Shown: positions 36,431 to 45,284, counted from the first letter of the stretch. The stretch is 52,264 nucleotides of DNA from a virus (IMGVR_UViG_3300030419_005497:1-52264), one strand, 5' to 3'. Notes: generated by a model from the letters alone, not told the origin. A program made the numbers and translations.

Positions 36431-36735
36431 TTTATCTTGCGCCAGCCGCATTTGTTAAAAAGTAGCCTACTCATATTGTTCGCAAATTGAGTCACTTTTG
36501 CTTCTGGAGCATCCCAAAAGTATGCATGACATACCTCATGGATGCAAGTATTTAACTCTGACTGCTGGGTAAGAGTCGGATTTATATATATTTTGGGCTC
36601 CTCCTCTTTTGGGTTCAAACAAAGACCATCTGCATCGCCATAACATTTATGAGGCTTACGAAAAAAAAGTGTATATTCTACTCCATCGTAGTTTTTGAAA
36701 GTGAAAGTTTTATTCTTTTCTTTTCTCCCCTTCAT
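36427..36735 (-). CDS. small HExxH metalloprotein
   Basis: GLC.....I.I.......T.IHEVCHA....E..V. Confidence 0.65.
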   Translation of the reverse strand: MKGRKEKNKTFTFKNYDGVEYTLFFRKPHKCYGDADGLCLNPKEEEPKIYINPTLTQQSELNTCIHEVCHAYFWDAPEAKVTQFANNMSRLLFNKCGWRKIK

Positions 36736-37036
36736 GGCTATCTCGCAATTCGAGAATATCAAAACCTGTCCAAGTATAAGAGGGGTCGTATTCTCTAACT
36801 ACTTTTACACCTTTTTTCTCGATAAAGCGCAATTCACCAGAAACCCCCAATAATGTGTCAACATCCTGAATGGGAACACGGGCTATTTGTGTCCTATTTG
36901 GGGTATTTACTGTTAATTTGAAGGCGTTGGCCTTTTTGGGAGGGGTGGGGATAAGTATATGTTCGCCGTTTTTTGACCGTATTTTTCTCATTCGAAAACA
37001 GTTTGTATTAGTTCTTTGGATAACTCGTCTTGGCAT
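36710..37036 (-). CDS. hypothetical protein
   Basis: ORF in co-oriented string; start uncertain. Confidence 0.6.
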   Translation of the reverse strand: MPRRVIQRTNTNCFRMRKIRSKNGEHILIPTPPKKANAFKLTVNTPNRTQIARVPIQDVDTLLGVSGELRFIEKKGVKVVREYDPSYTWTGFDILELRDSHEGEKRKE

Positions 37037-37263
37037 TCTTTTCTTTTCCTAAGTTCGTATTCGCCTTTAGTAGCTAAATAAATTAGATTTTGTTTCGAAT
37101 ATTCCAAGCAGGAAGCAATTGATCCATCTTCATCTTCGTTTGTCTCTAGTAATTCATTAAAGAAGTAAACTTCCTCTATCGCTTTTCGGCTCTCTTTTCC
37201 CCACCATTTAAGGACGTCATCTGAGTCTTTGAGCTTAGTTTGTATAGAGGATATTCCATTCAT
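36988..37263 (-). CDS. hypothetical protein
   Basis: 91-aa ORF. Confidence 0.6.
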   Translation of the reverse strand: MNGISSIQTKLKDSDDVLKWWGKESRKAIEEVYFFNELLETNEDEDGSIASCLEYSKQNLIYLATKGEYELRKRKECQDELSKELIQTVFE

Positions 37264-37559
37264 AACTCAAGAGATTCATCGTCTTTAAAGGGTTGTATTT
37301 CCATTAGTGATTTCTTCCTGCCGTTTATAAATGATATTTGATAAGTGTTTTTTTTGGTTCTCGAAATTTTATTTATATATTTAAATAAACACTCATGACA
37401 AATAATAGAAGTTTTCTTCCCGCTACTTACATCAAAATAAGCAATTTTTTTTCTATCGAAAAGTATTTTGTAATGGGGCTTTGGGTAGTCAATGCCGCAC
37501 TCACTACAGGATACCTCCTTAGTACATTTATACGGTCTTAAAACCTTAACCTCTATCAT
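37260..37559 (-). CDS. Zn-finger-like hypothetical protein
   Basis: CSEC...CHEC; GTGTAAAAT promoter upstream. Confidence 0.65.
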   Translation of the reverse strand: MIEVKVLRPYKCTKEVSCSECGIDYPKPHYKILFDRKKIAYFDVSSGKKTSIICHECLFKYINKISRTKKNTYQISFINGRKKSLMEIQPFKDDESLEL

Positions 37560-37761
37560 ATTTTATTTTACACTATTTATAGAGGACCACGCAAAGACCT
37601 AAAGCATAAAAATTTACTTCACCTCCTTTATAAAAAAATTATCGTTATTCTTTTTCTTGAGATCTCTTAAGTATCTCTTAGCTTTTCTAAGCCCTTCGTC
37701 ATTATAATCAAATGCTCCAAACGTAAAGTTTTTTTCATTTGTTATGACGTAGTAGCTTTTT

Positions 37762-37959
37762 TTATCTTTTATTTTGGGCATTACTACTTTCTTTTAGTTC
37801 TTCATCTAGTAACTCTTTAACTAATTTTAAGTTGTGTGTAATCCAGCCGTCTCCGTCCTGAGAAATATCAGGATTGTTTTTAGATTCCATTTTGTCATCA
37901 ATGGATGATTTTTCTATTATTTGGTCTAGTAAGTCCACAGCTTGTTGAACTCTTTTCAT
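37762..37959 (-). CDS. hypothetical protein
   Basis: 65-aa ORF. Confidence 0.6.
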   Translation of the reverse strand: MKRVQQAVDLLDQIIEKSSIDDKMESKNNPDISQDGDGWITHNLKLVKELLDEELKESSNAQNKR

Positions 37960-37990
37960 GAAGAAATTTTATATGATTTTTTCTGCGTGT

Positions 37991-38623
37991 CTAGCTTTTT
38001 TTGCTAATATACTCTGACTCTCTCACCCATTTTACCCCAATCCATTTAACTCCTTTTTTTACGGGTAACGATGAGTGTATGCTTTTTTCTTCGGGCTTGT
38101 TGTCGGAAAAATTAGACCAAAATAAAACCCTACCTATCCTTGGCTCTATTTTAAAATTATCTAATTTAGGAAATTCAGTTTCGCCCCCATCATAAGAATT
38201 ATTAAGGTAAAATAAAATGCTATAAACCCTTTGTCCTCCCCTGCTAATGGATTCATCGTAATTTTCCGACCCCTTTATAAAAAAGTCGTAATGCGGAACA
38301 TAGTGTCCACCTTCAGAATATCTTATTATGTTTAAATGTTCTTGGTTTTCTACAGGTAAGCAAGTAACGGTTGAAGTTATCTTTTCTATTTTTTCTATTA
38401 CGTCATAGATCTCTTGTTGAGAGTTGTAATGAGATTTTACAAGAAGTCTTTCCTTGGCCTCCCTAGACTTGGAGTCTTTCGTTGGTCCCTTGTCGTAGTC
38501 TAGAACCGTTACCTCTTCTAAATGTGGGCGAGCTTCTTTAGTAAGAAGAGAGCACTCCTCTGTTGACAGTAAGCCGTCGCATACCCAGAGAAATTCTCCT
38601 ATTTGAGAAAAATTATGAAGCAC
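37991..38623 (-). CDS. prolyl 4-hydroxylase-like 2OG-Fe(II) oxygenase
   Basis: E.L...RY..G..Y.PHYD, GGQR..S.L.YLN...GGET.FP, H.S.PV..G.KW...KW. Confidence 0.9.
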   Translation of the reverse strand: MLHNFSQIGEFLWVCDGLLSTEECSLLTKEARPHLEEVTVLDYDKGPTKDSKSREAKERLLVKSHYNSQQEIYDVIEKIEKITSTVTCLPVENQEHLNIIRYSEGGHYVPHYDFFIKGSENYDESISRGGQRVYSILFYLNNSYDGGETEFPKLDNFKIEPRIGRVLFWSNFSDNKPEEKSIHSSLPVKKGVKWIGVKWVRESEYISKKS

Positions 38624-38629
38624 TAAGGT

Positions 38630-38755
38630 CTACTTAGCGCAACTACATGGTGCTTTGCAAGAACATTTTTCCACGCAAGGGCATGAGCTTTGGCATGGTA
38701 AACACACACATCCCGCGATAAAAACAGAGGCAGTAGCAATTAGTAAATATTTCAT
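38630..38755 (-). CDS. 41-aa Cys-rich (metallothionein-like) putative lipoprotein (not in ORF track)
   Basis: MKYLLIATASVFIAG-CVCLPCQSSCPCVEKCSCKAPCSCAK*; lipobox IAGC; 9 Cys; starts 1 nt after the protease stop. Confidence 0.65.
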   Translation of the reverse strand: MKYLLIATASVFIAGCVCLPCQSSCPCVEKCSCKAPCSCAK

Positions 38756-38756
38756 A

Positions 38757-39746
38757 TTAGTGTTTCTCCATTGTCTTGAACTGTTGGGGGCTAGTCTTTA
38801 GAAAATCTGGGCGACCATCGTTATACTTTTCGTAAACCCTAAGCATGAATGGGAACATTTTTTCTGCATCGGCTGCATCTTCTGCATCCGCAGTTGGGTC
38901 TTCCTTGTCCTTCTTGGTTCGAGGCTCATTTTCTATGGGCATCTTTTTGATTTCTTCCTCTGAGGGCATCTTTTCATTTGGGTCTAAGGCCCACATGATT
39001 TTATGCTGCTTGCAATATTCTTTAACTCTGCGAACAGGCACAATAAGATTGAAGCCTTCTCCTGCTCCTCTAACTAGCATTCCTACATATTTTGCATCTT
39101 CTTTTCTATAAACGCCTCCTCCAGAACTCCCCGGAAAAGCGGTGCAAGTGGTCTGATCGAAGATCCTTTTATTTATTTGTTTTAGAATCCTACCGTGCTG
39201 AGAATAAATTCCATCCGTCATGGAATTAGCTCCTTGCTGGCCAAGTAGGCTTCCAACGTGTAGTAGGTCTGATCCTAGCGGTGGAATTTTTTCTTCTAAG
39301 TAAAATGTTACGGTGTCTTTAACAAAATTAAATTTGCGAACCCTCAAAAGAGCCAAGTCATGCCCGTCAGACGCATCGCTGTATTTTAAAACTTCGGCAT
39401 CCATTTGGAGTCTTCCCACGGTTCTTCCGTCCTGTCTTATCTCTTTGACTACCATAGGGTCTTTAAATTCTACGATAGTCTTTGACACTCCACCTATTAG
39501 GGTCTTTCTCTCTTTCCTCAAATTGTCTATGACATGACCCGCTGTCCAAACAAAATTGACTTGGTTCCCTTCTGCGTCTTTTCTCGTGAAAATAACTCCT
39601 GAACCCTCACCATTAGAAAATGATCCTTCAGAGCGAATCGTCACAGAAACATTTTGAAGATGTTCTGCCGTGGTTGGTTTTTTGGGCTTTTCCGCTCCGA
39701 AAACGAGACAGGAAGTGAGAAGTAGGGCAAATAAAGGTTTTTTCAT
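38757..39746 (-). CDS. secreted trypsin-like serine protease
   Basis: signal peptide; GSGV, TAGHV (His), DLALL (Asp), PGSSGGG (Ser). Confidence 0.9.
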   Translation of the reverse strand: MKKPLFALLLTSCLVFGAEKPKKPTTAEHLQNVSVTIRSEGSFSNGEGSGVIFTRKDAEGNQVNFVWTAGHVIDNLRKERKTLIGGVSKTIVEFKDPMVVKEIRQDGRTVGRLQMDAEVLKYSDASDGHDLALLRVRKFNFVKDTVTFYLEEKIPPLGSDLLHVGSLLGQQGANSMTDGIYSQHGRILKQINKRIFDQTTCTAFPGSSGGGVYRKEDAKYVGMLVRGAGEGFNLIVPVRRVKEYCKQHKIMWALDPNEKMPSEEEIKKMPIENEPRTKKDKEDPTADAEDAADAEKMFPFMLRVYEKYNDGRPDFLKTSPQQFKTMEKH

Positions 39747-39800
39747 CGTAATTTTCCTCTTAAGAATTTACACTGTTTTAACAGCGCAAAATGAGGAAAA

Positions 39801-40235
39801 CTACTTCAACCCAGTAAATTCGGAGGAAGATCTGATTTTTTCCCCTAAACCATCTACTATTTCTATACCAAGATTCGAGCAAACTGCATTCTCTGGTATC
39901 TCGTGAGATGTTCTGTCTCCCCCCTTTGCAAAAATATCAGGCTTTAAAAAAGCCAAACTAAGAGCAACTGTCGGGTCTATGTCTATAGATGTGAAGACTT
40001 CATCCACCACCCTTAAAGAGCTAACTATTTTAAGTCTGTCTTCTAAGGGCATAAAAGACTTTCCTTTCTTTAGGGAGGCTTGCTTGTCGTTATTAACTAT
40101 CACTATCAGCTTATCTCCAAGGCTCCTTGCCTTTTCTAGATATTCTATATGCCCTACATGGATAGGGTCAAAATACCCACTAGCGGCGACGACCTTACCT
40201 AAATGCAAAGGCTTAAAGTCTACGTTTGGATTCAT
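39801..40235 (-). CDS. cytidylyltransferase-family nucleotidyltransferase (TagD/RfaE/RibL-like)
   Basis: GYFDPIHVGH (HxGH), R...V....VDEV, KPD.F.KGGD, SSS. Confidence 0.88.
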   Translation of the reverse strand: MNPNVDFKPLHLGKVVAASGYFDPIHVGHIEYLEKARSLGDKLIVIVNNDKQASLKKGKSFMPLEDRLKIVSSLRVVDEVFTSIDIDPTVALSLAFLKPDIFAKGGDRTSHEIPENAVCSNLGIEIVDGLGEKIRSSSEFTGLK

Positions 40236-40457
40236 CTAGGCGGTTGACCTTGTAATTTTCTTGGAGACGGAATTATATTCGTCGCTAACATAATGCTCAT
40301 TTCCGCTATCGGTGGTAATCATAGTACCCCCTTTACCTTTAATTCTGAAAGACTCAATAGTGGCAATATTCTTAGGGTTAATAGAAAACTCTTGAGTCGC
40401 TGACCTTGGCGTTCCGAGCTTGGTGAAGTTATATTTATTTAGTTTTATCATTCTCAT
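40236..40457 (-). CDS. FlbD/SwrD-like small protein
   Basis: MIKL......F.INP..I..IE......T.IT..SG....V.......V..KI. Confidence 0.55.
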   Translation of the reverse strand: MRMIKLNKYNFTKLGTPRSATQEFSINPKNIATIESFRIKGKGGTMITTDSGNEHYVSDEYNSVSKKITRSTA

Positions 40458-40578
40458 TTTTTGCCTTTTTGTTGCTTTCCTTTTTCCAATCTATTTTATC
40501 GTAGTTATCCTTAAACTTTTTAGAGAAGCAGCTTCGGGGGTTATCCCCTTTCCCTGCTCCACTGGATTTCTTTGCCAT
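40435..40578 (-). CDS. small basic GKGD.PR-type phage protein (47 aa, not in ORF track)
   Basis: MAKKSSGAGKGDNPRSCFSKKFKDNYDKIDWKK... Confidence 0.6.
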   Translation of the reverse strand: MAKKSSGAGKGDNPRSCFSKKFKDNYDKIDWKKESNKKAKNENDKTK

Positions 40579-40612
40579 TTATTGGACTAAAAAGAAAATA
40601 ATTAGTCAAGCT

Positions 40613-41047
40613 TTAAACGCCAGAGCTTCCGAAACCTCCTTGGCCTCTTTCGCTGTCATTAAGATCTTCGACTTCATCAAACTCTACAGAAAAGCAAACT
40701 TCGAAAATTATTTGAGCGATTCTATCCCCAGCGTCTATGTCAATAGGTTTAGATCCCAAATTAATCAGAACTACCCCAATCTCATTCCTATACCCACTAT
40801 CAATTACGCCAGCCAATACATCCACTCCTTTTTTAACGGCCAAGCCACTCCTTGGCGCAATTCTTCCATAAAAGCCATTAGGGATGGAGATGCAAATTCC
40901 AGTTTTGATTACTCTCCTTTCGGAAGGTTTTATATGGTGGTCTTCCACGGAATAAAGGTCATATCCCGCATCTGAGTCATTTGCTTGAGTGGGAGTAATT
41001 GCTTTATCTGATATTTTTTTTATTTGTACAGGCCAATCTGTTTTCAT
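40613..41047 (-). CDS. dut: trimeric dUTPase
   Basis: AGYDL, RIAPRSG, GVIDSGYR, GDRIAQ, RGQGGFGSSG (motifs 1-5). Confidence 0.95.
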   Translation of the reverse strand: MKTDWPVQIKKISDKAITPTQANDSDAGYDLYSVEDHHIKPSERRVIKTGICISIPNGFYGRIAPRSGLAVKKGVDVLAGVIDSGYRNEIGVVLINLGSKPIDIDAGDRIAQIIFEVCFSVEFDEVEDLNDSERGQGGFGSSGV

Positions 41048-41049
41048 CG

Positions 41050-41652
41050 CTAGTCAATTTTATACCCATGATGGCTTAAAACTTCAATACATAAATTTAT
41101 AAATTCCCCCGTTGTCATGTCGCCTTTTGCCATATTAGCTTCCTTGCAAGTTACCCCAAGATTGTCTAGCTCGTTAGATCCACCTTTTGATACTGGATGT
41201 ATATGGTCTAACTGGTATTCGGCTTTATTTGAAAGGTCTACTGGCCTACCTGTAAGATAACATTCTGGATTTTCTCCAACTTTTTCCAAGAAGTCTTTAA
41301 CGCCAAAATTTCTTTTGCACCTATTCCTTCTGACTCCATCGTTAGCTCTTGATTTATACATCTGAACTTTCCTTTGTTGGGGGGAATGCTTTGTTACTTT
41401 CTTTTTCTTCTCTCTCTTTAGCTTATAAGCTGGAATATGATTTCTTACTTGAAGATAGTTTGTTATTTTATCGCCTACAACGCCAGCAATTGTTGAGCTT
41501 CTCCTTTTCAGGTTTCTTTTCAGCTGCTTTCTTTTAACTTCGGGATTACAATGATAAGCTATTGTTCCTTTAGAGCATCCTAACTCTGCAACTATTTGAT
41601 TATAGTTGTACCCTTTTCTTCTGAGTTCAAAAATTTGAGTTTTTAAATCCAT
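41050..41652 (-). CDS. HNH endonuclease with N-terminal HTH (probable homing endonuclease)
   Basis: G.NY.QI..ELGCSKGTIAYH; C..TG...DHIHP.SKGG.N..DNL...C..AN..K. Confidence 0.85.
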   Translation of the reverse strand: MDLKTQIFELRRKGYNYNQIVAELGCSKGTIAYHCNPEVKRKQLKRNLKRRSSTIAGVVGDKITNYLQVRNHIPAYKLKREKKKKVTKHSPQQRKVQMYKSRANDGVRRNRCKRNFGVKDFLEKVGENPECYLTGRPVDLSNKAEYQLDHIHPVSKGGSNELDNLGVTCKEANMAKGDMTTGEFINLCIEVLSHHGYKID

Positions 41653-41654
41653 AA

Positions 41655-41731
41655 TGGTACGTCCAGAGGGATTCGAACCCCCGACCCCAAGTTTAGAAGA
41701 CTCGTGCTCTATCCAACTGAGCTATGGACGC
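41655..41731 (-). tRNA. tRNA-Arg (TCT)
   Basis: GCGTCCA TA GCTC..GAGC A CGAGT CT TCT AA ACTTG..GGTTCGAATCC..TGGACGT A CCA. Confidence 0.95.
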
Positions 41732-41737
41732 ACAATT

Positions 41738-42619
41738 TTAAACTACTGCGCGGCCCTTGTCCTGCATCCAATCAAGTTCTGATCTATCTATAGTGTTGTT
41801 CCTACGAATAGCCGCCTCGATTAGAATTGGCGGTCGATCTTTCTCTGCCATTTGGTGAAGGAGGGAGTTCATGTCCTTGGGAAAGCAAGTACCTCCAAAA
41901 CCGCCTTTGCCATCTGGACCCGGAACAGTAGTGTGGCTCTCTCCAACTCTTTTATCAAGAGTCACCAATTCTCTAAGTTCATTATAATTCACCCCGCAAA
42001 CCTGAGAAAACTTTTCTATTTCATTAAAAAAAGAAACCTTTGTTGCCAAAAAACAATTCCTTGTTATTTTAACTAATTCAGCCATAGAGCTAGAAGTGGA
42101 ATGAATGTTTGGGGCGTTCTTAATCTTTCCGTCTTCTTTCGCAAACTTAATGATATGCTTCATTATCTGAGGCAAATTGGAATCATCAGTATCAAAAGAA
42201 CCTATTATCCAGTCTTTCTGTTCGTAAAAATCGTTTTGCCAGTTTTGCTCAGTTAAGAACTCTGGCATAAAATTCACGCCCATTTCCCCACAAAAACCAA
42301 CCGGAACCGTAGACCTAACTACTATATAGGGGCCATCATCGAGACCCTTCAGGTCTGAAATGACTTTTTCTACTATTTCAGTGTGGCACTCCCCGTTATG
42401 TTTCATGGGAGTAGGTACGCAAACAAAAACCACGTTGCAATATTTTAAAGATTCAAAATCAAAACCTTTGGGAGAACATTTGTCTGGATCAACATCATAG
42501 ATCACCACCTCCGTTCTTTTGGATTGGAGTAATGCCGTCGCTTTTCCGACGTATCCATTTCCAACGATTCCAATTCTTACATTCTTTATTTGAGATGGGG
42601 ATATATATTGTCTTTGCAT
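41738..42619 (-). CDS. UDP-glucose/GDP-mannose dehydrogenase-family protein (short form)
   Basis: GxGxxG, FVCVPTP, RSTVPVG, PEFL, AE..K...N.FLA.K..F.NE, GFGGTCFPKD. Confidence 0.9.
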   Translation of the reverse strand: MQRQYISPSQIKNVRIGIVGNGYVGKATALLQSKRTEVVIYDVDPDKCSPKGFDFESLKYCNVVFVCVPTPMKHNGECHTEIVEKVISDLKGLDDGPYIVVRSTVPVGFCGEMGVNFMPEFLTEQNWQNDFYEQKDWIIGSFDTDDSNLPQIMKHIIKFAKEDGKIKNAPNIHSTSSSMAELVKITRNCFLATKVSFFNEIEKFSQVCGVNYNELRELVTLDKRVGESHTTVPGPDGKGGFGGTCFPKDMNSLLHQMAEKDRPPILIEAAIRRNNTIDRSELDWMQDKGRAVV

Positions 42620-42632
42620 TTTAATACGTAAT

Positions 42633-42659
42633 TAAAAAACCCCCATTTGCATGGGGGTG
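42633..42659 (-). terminator. intrinsic terminator
   Basis: minus strand acccccat-GCAA-atgggggt followed by a U-tract. Confidence 0.85.
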
Positions 42660-42666
42660 TGATTTG

Positions 42667-42942
42667 CTACTGTGGAAGATCAGGAACTTCAGGGGTTTCC
42701 TTTGGTATCTGTCCTTCTTCAGAGGTCAAAATAGCATCTTGTAATTGGATGACTGAATGCACCAAATACCCAGTAAAAAGAAAATTAAATGCAAGCAGCA
42801 TGATCACAATCCTTTGCCGAAGTAGTCCTCCGTCTTGGTTGCAAGTTTCTCCATGTGCTTCGCACTCCTTCTTTTTAGGGGCTGCTTTTTTCGTTGGGGC
42901 CTTTTTAGGGGCTGCTTTCTTTGCTGTTTTCTTAGCTGGCAT
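42667..42942 (-). CDS. membrane protein with histone H1-like KKA(A)P repeats
   Basis: MPAKKTAKKAAPKKAPTKKAAPKKK then one transmembrane helix; start taken at MPAKK. Confidence 0.7.
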   Translation of the reverse strand: MPAKKTAKKAAPKKAPTKKAAPKKKECEAHGETCNQDGGLLRQRIVIMLLAFNFLFTGYLVHSVIQLQDAILTSEEGQIPKETPEVPDLPQ

Positions 42943-42989
42943 AGATTTTTTATCTTTAAGGTAATAAATACTAAAAGTCAACCGGATTT

Positions 42990-43271
42990 TTATTTAAAAG
43001 TAGAATTTTCGAAAATAAAGTCCGCTAAATCTCTAACGGTTATTATATCGTTAAAATCCATCATGTAATTGTTTATTTTTATGGAGTGAATTTCTTCCAT
43101 CGCCATCATCATATCTACGGTATCTAAGGAATCTATCTCTAATTGAGAAACGGGGGTATCAAGCGTCACTTCCAAGTCTCCAACTGCCGTGGCATCACTT
43201 ACTTCTTCAAGGACTATTTTATAAATTTTTTCTTTCTTCTCCTTGTCTTCCATTTTATATCTCCAATTCAA
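42990..43271 (-). CDS. acpP: acyl carrier protein
   Basis: acidic ~85 aa; L.IDSLD.VD.MM..EE...I.I, TV.D (DSL phosphopantetheine serine). Confidence 0.8.
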   Translation of the reverse strand: MNWRYKMEDKEKKEKIYKIVLEEVSDATAVGDLEVTLDTPVSQLEIDSLDTVDMMMAMEEIHSIKINNYMMDFNDIITVRDLADFIFENSTFK

Positions 43272-43482
43272 ACTTTAAGCATAGTCCTTTATAAAGCTCC
43301 CTGTGTTCATCTTTTATGTTTTCGCCGCCAATCTTTAATATGTGGTGGATAAAGCCAAGTTTGTAAAACGGGAGAAACTCTATGTCAACCTTTATTTGGC
43401 TTTTAGATAAGCTTACGAGCAAAAACATTAAAACGTCTAGCTCTTCTTCAGATAAAGAATTTATTATATGTCTATAAATCAC
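43255..43482 (-). CDS. hypothetical protein
   Basis: 75-aa ORF between acpS and ACP. Confidence 0.55.
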   Translation of the reverse strand: MIYRHIINSLSEEELDVLMFLLVSLSKSQIKVDIEFLPFYKLGFIHHILKIGGENIKDEHRELYKGLCLKFELEI

Positions 43483-43852
43483 CTAAGTTTTTATTCTCTA
43501 TAATGCAAACAGCCGTAGCGTACCCCCCAGAATGACTTATACTTAAAGAGGAGGTAAGTCCTTTCGGTAAGTTATTGTTGGGAAAATAAATTACAGGCTT
43601 TCCTTTTTCGTCCCTCATGATCTCCATTTCCGTAAAAGGAATCATCTCTTTGACGTTGCCTGTTAACGCTTTATGCGCTGCTTCTTTGGCTGCCCATCTA
43701 CCCGCTATAGAGTGAGAGCTATACCCTTTATTAAGGCAGTACTCTTTTTCTCTTTGGGTTAAAAACTTATCTAAAAAACGCTCACCAAAAGAAGACAATA
43801 AGGATTCTATTCTTGGAATATCTTGAATGTCAGTACCAATGCCAACTATCAT
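43472..43852 (-). CDS. acpS: holo-ACP synthase (AcpS-type phosphopantetheinyl transferase)
   Basis: IVGIGTDI..I.RI, F.T..E, AGRWAAKEA..KAL, G.P, LSISH...YA.A. Confidence 0.92.
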   Translation of the reverse strand: MIVGIGTDIQDIPRIESLLSSFGERFLDKFLTQREKEYCLNKGYSSHSIAGRWAAKEAAHKALTGNVKEMIPFTEMEIMRDEKGKPVIYFPNNNLPKGLTSSLSISHSGGYATAVCIIENKNLGDL

Positions 43853-44124
43853 ATTTTTAGAATTTCTTTCTCGTCCATTTTAACGGAGATATTCTCTGAG
43901 CCATAAACGGAAAGAATTAAAGCCTTATCCTCATTGGATAGCTTTCCATCGATGGCGGAAACAAAATTTTTAAATTCTTGAGCTTTTTGAGATTTATGGC
44001 ATTTACAGCAAGATAAAAAAGCCTTCCTTAGCAAATCAGCGCTTTTAAAAAACGGGATTTCCTTCAAGACTTCGTTAGACAATGCAAAATCCATAAAATT
44101 TCTGTAATCAATCTCCGTTGGCAT
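43849..44124 (-). CDS. hypothetical protein
   Basis: 91-aa ORF with CCKC. Confidence 0.6.
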   Translation of the reverse strand: MPTEIDYRNFMDFALSNEVLKEIPFFKSADLLRKAFLSCCKCHKSQKAQEFKNFVSAIDGKLSNEDKALILSVYGSENISVKMDEKEILKI

Positions 44125-44467
44125 AAAAAAACCTCCCTATTAATAAATACACTAAAAGGGAAACTAAATTAACTAACGGAAAAAAATAAATGAGGTCAAA
44201 CACTAAGCAAAAAACAAGACTTAACCACACGGACAAACAAGTCTGACAGGTGACGAGGGCCACTACAAAAGAATGTTCTTTATATTTAACTCTTAGAAAA
44301 GAAAGATAGTCTAAAATGTGGTCAGGATCTTCTTTGTCGTAAATATGAACTCCAAACCAAGTATGAAGATTAAAGTATCTGACATAATATTCAAAAGCGT
44401 CACTTTCAAACCAAATCACCATAATCAGAACTATCCAACCACAGCAAAGTGAAAAACTCTCAATCAT
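44108..44467 (-). CDS. membrane protein with CxxC (DUF1360-like)
   Basis: LVTCQTCLSVWL followed by transmembrane segments. Confidence 0.6.
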   Translation of the reverse strand: MIESFSLCCGWIVLIMVIWFESDAFEYYVRYFNLHTWFGVHIYDKEDPDHILDYLSFLRVKYKEHSFVVALVTCQTCLSVWLSLVFCLVFDLIYFFPLVNLVSLLVYLLIGRFFYANGD

Positions 44468-44879
44468 ATTTTAGGTCCATTTCCTCTGTCTTAGTAAACA
44501 GCAGTCTAGCTACTTCATCCCCTTTTTCAATAAAGAAAGTATTAGTATCGCCAAAAAAATGAGCCGAAGCTAAGGACGTTTTATTTTTTATAAATAAAAA
44601 GTCAGGTAAAGAATTATTAATAAAAACCACCTCTATGTTTTGGCCACTAGAAAAATAACTTACCGGAAAGAGGGCTCCGCTTGTATAGAGTAAATCCGGT
44701 ATGGGCAATACCTGCGCCATGATCCCGCTTGGCATCGTCAAAGAAATATCGAAAGACACCGCTGTTCTTTCGCATGGGTCTATTCTGAATCTTCTAGGAG
44801 AAAGAAGATGAAAGATATTGCCATCAACCCTAGCTGGGTCAATGGCTTGCTTGGACAGTTTTTTTACTGTGAAAAACAT
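44460..44879 (-). CDS. degenerate dUTPase-fold paralog
   Basis: VKKLS..A..P, I.P.ER..V, IEKGDEVARLLF resemble the dUTPase scaffold, but catalytic motifs 2, 3 and 5 are absent. Confidence 0.6.
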   Translation of the reverse strand: MFFTVKKLSKQAIDPARVDGNIFHLLSPRRFRIDPCERTAVSFDISLTMPSGIMAQVLPIPDLLYTSGALFPVSYFSSGQNIEVVFINNSLPDFLFIKNKTSLASAHFFGDTNTFFIEKGDEVARLLFTKTEEMDLKYD

Positions 44880-44901
44880 GACCTAGCGTAAGCTAGGACT
44901 T

Positions 44902-45207
44902 TCACCCAGTAAACTTACCTGTGCTTAGATCCACTCCAGCGTCATCGACTGTAGGGCAACACTTCCTGTAAGTGTAAAGCGGTCTGCCAACTGAATCTGC
45001 CTTTTTGCCAGTTCTAAAGATTACGCCATCTTTTACTGCTTTCCTCATTTTTACTCGAATGGCAGTTGGGGTTATCTCTTTTCCGGTGCTCTTCTTAAGT
45101 TCTGCAAGTACGTCTCTCGCAGTAAACTCTACGTTTGGCCATTCAACATCAATAGAGGGGCGTCCTCTTTTTTTAGCTATGGTTTTATTAGTTGTATTAT
45201 CTTTCAT
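44902..45207 (-). CDS. winged-helix DNA-binding protein with AT-hook-like RGRP
   Basis: KKRGRPS, FT..D, I....IR..M...V..G, GRP...Y; start taken at MKDN. Confidence 0.65.
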   Translation of the reverse strand: MKDNTTNKTIAKKRGRPSIDVEWPNVEFTARDVLAELKKSTGKEITPTAIRVKMRKAVKDGVIFRTGKKADSVGRPLYTYRKCCPTVDDAGVDLSTGKFTG

Positions 45208-45284
45208 CCGCCCCAAGTCTACTAATCAGAATCTCAATTACAAGCTTTTTTTTGATTTTTTTGATTTATCCGGTAACTTGAAGG

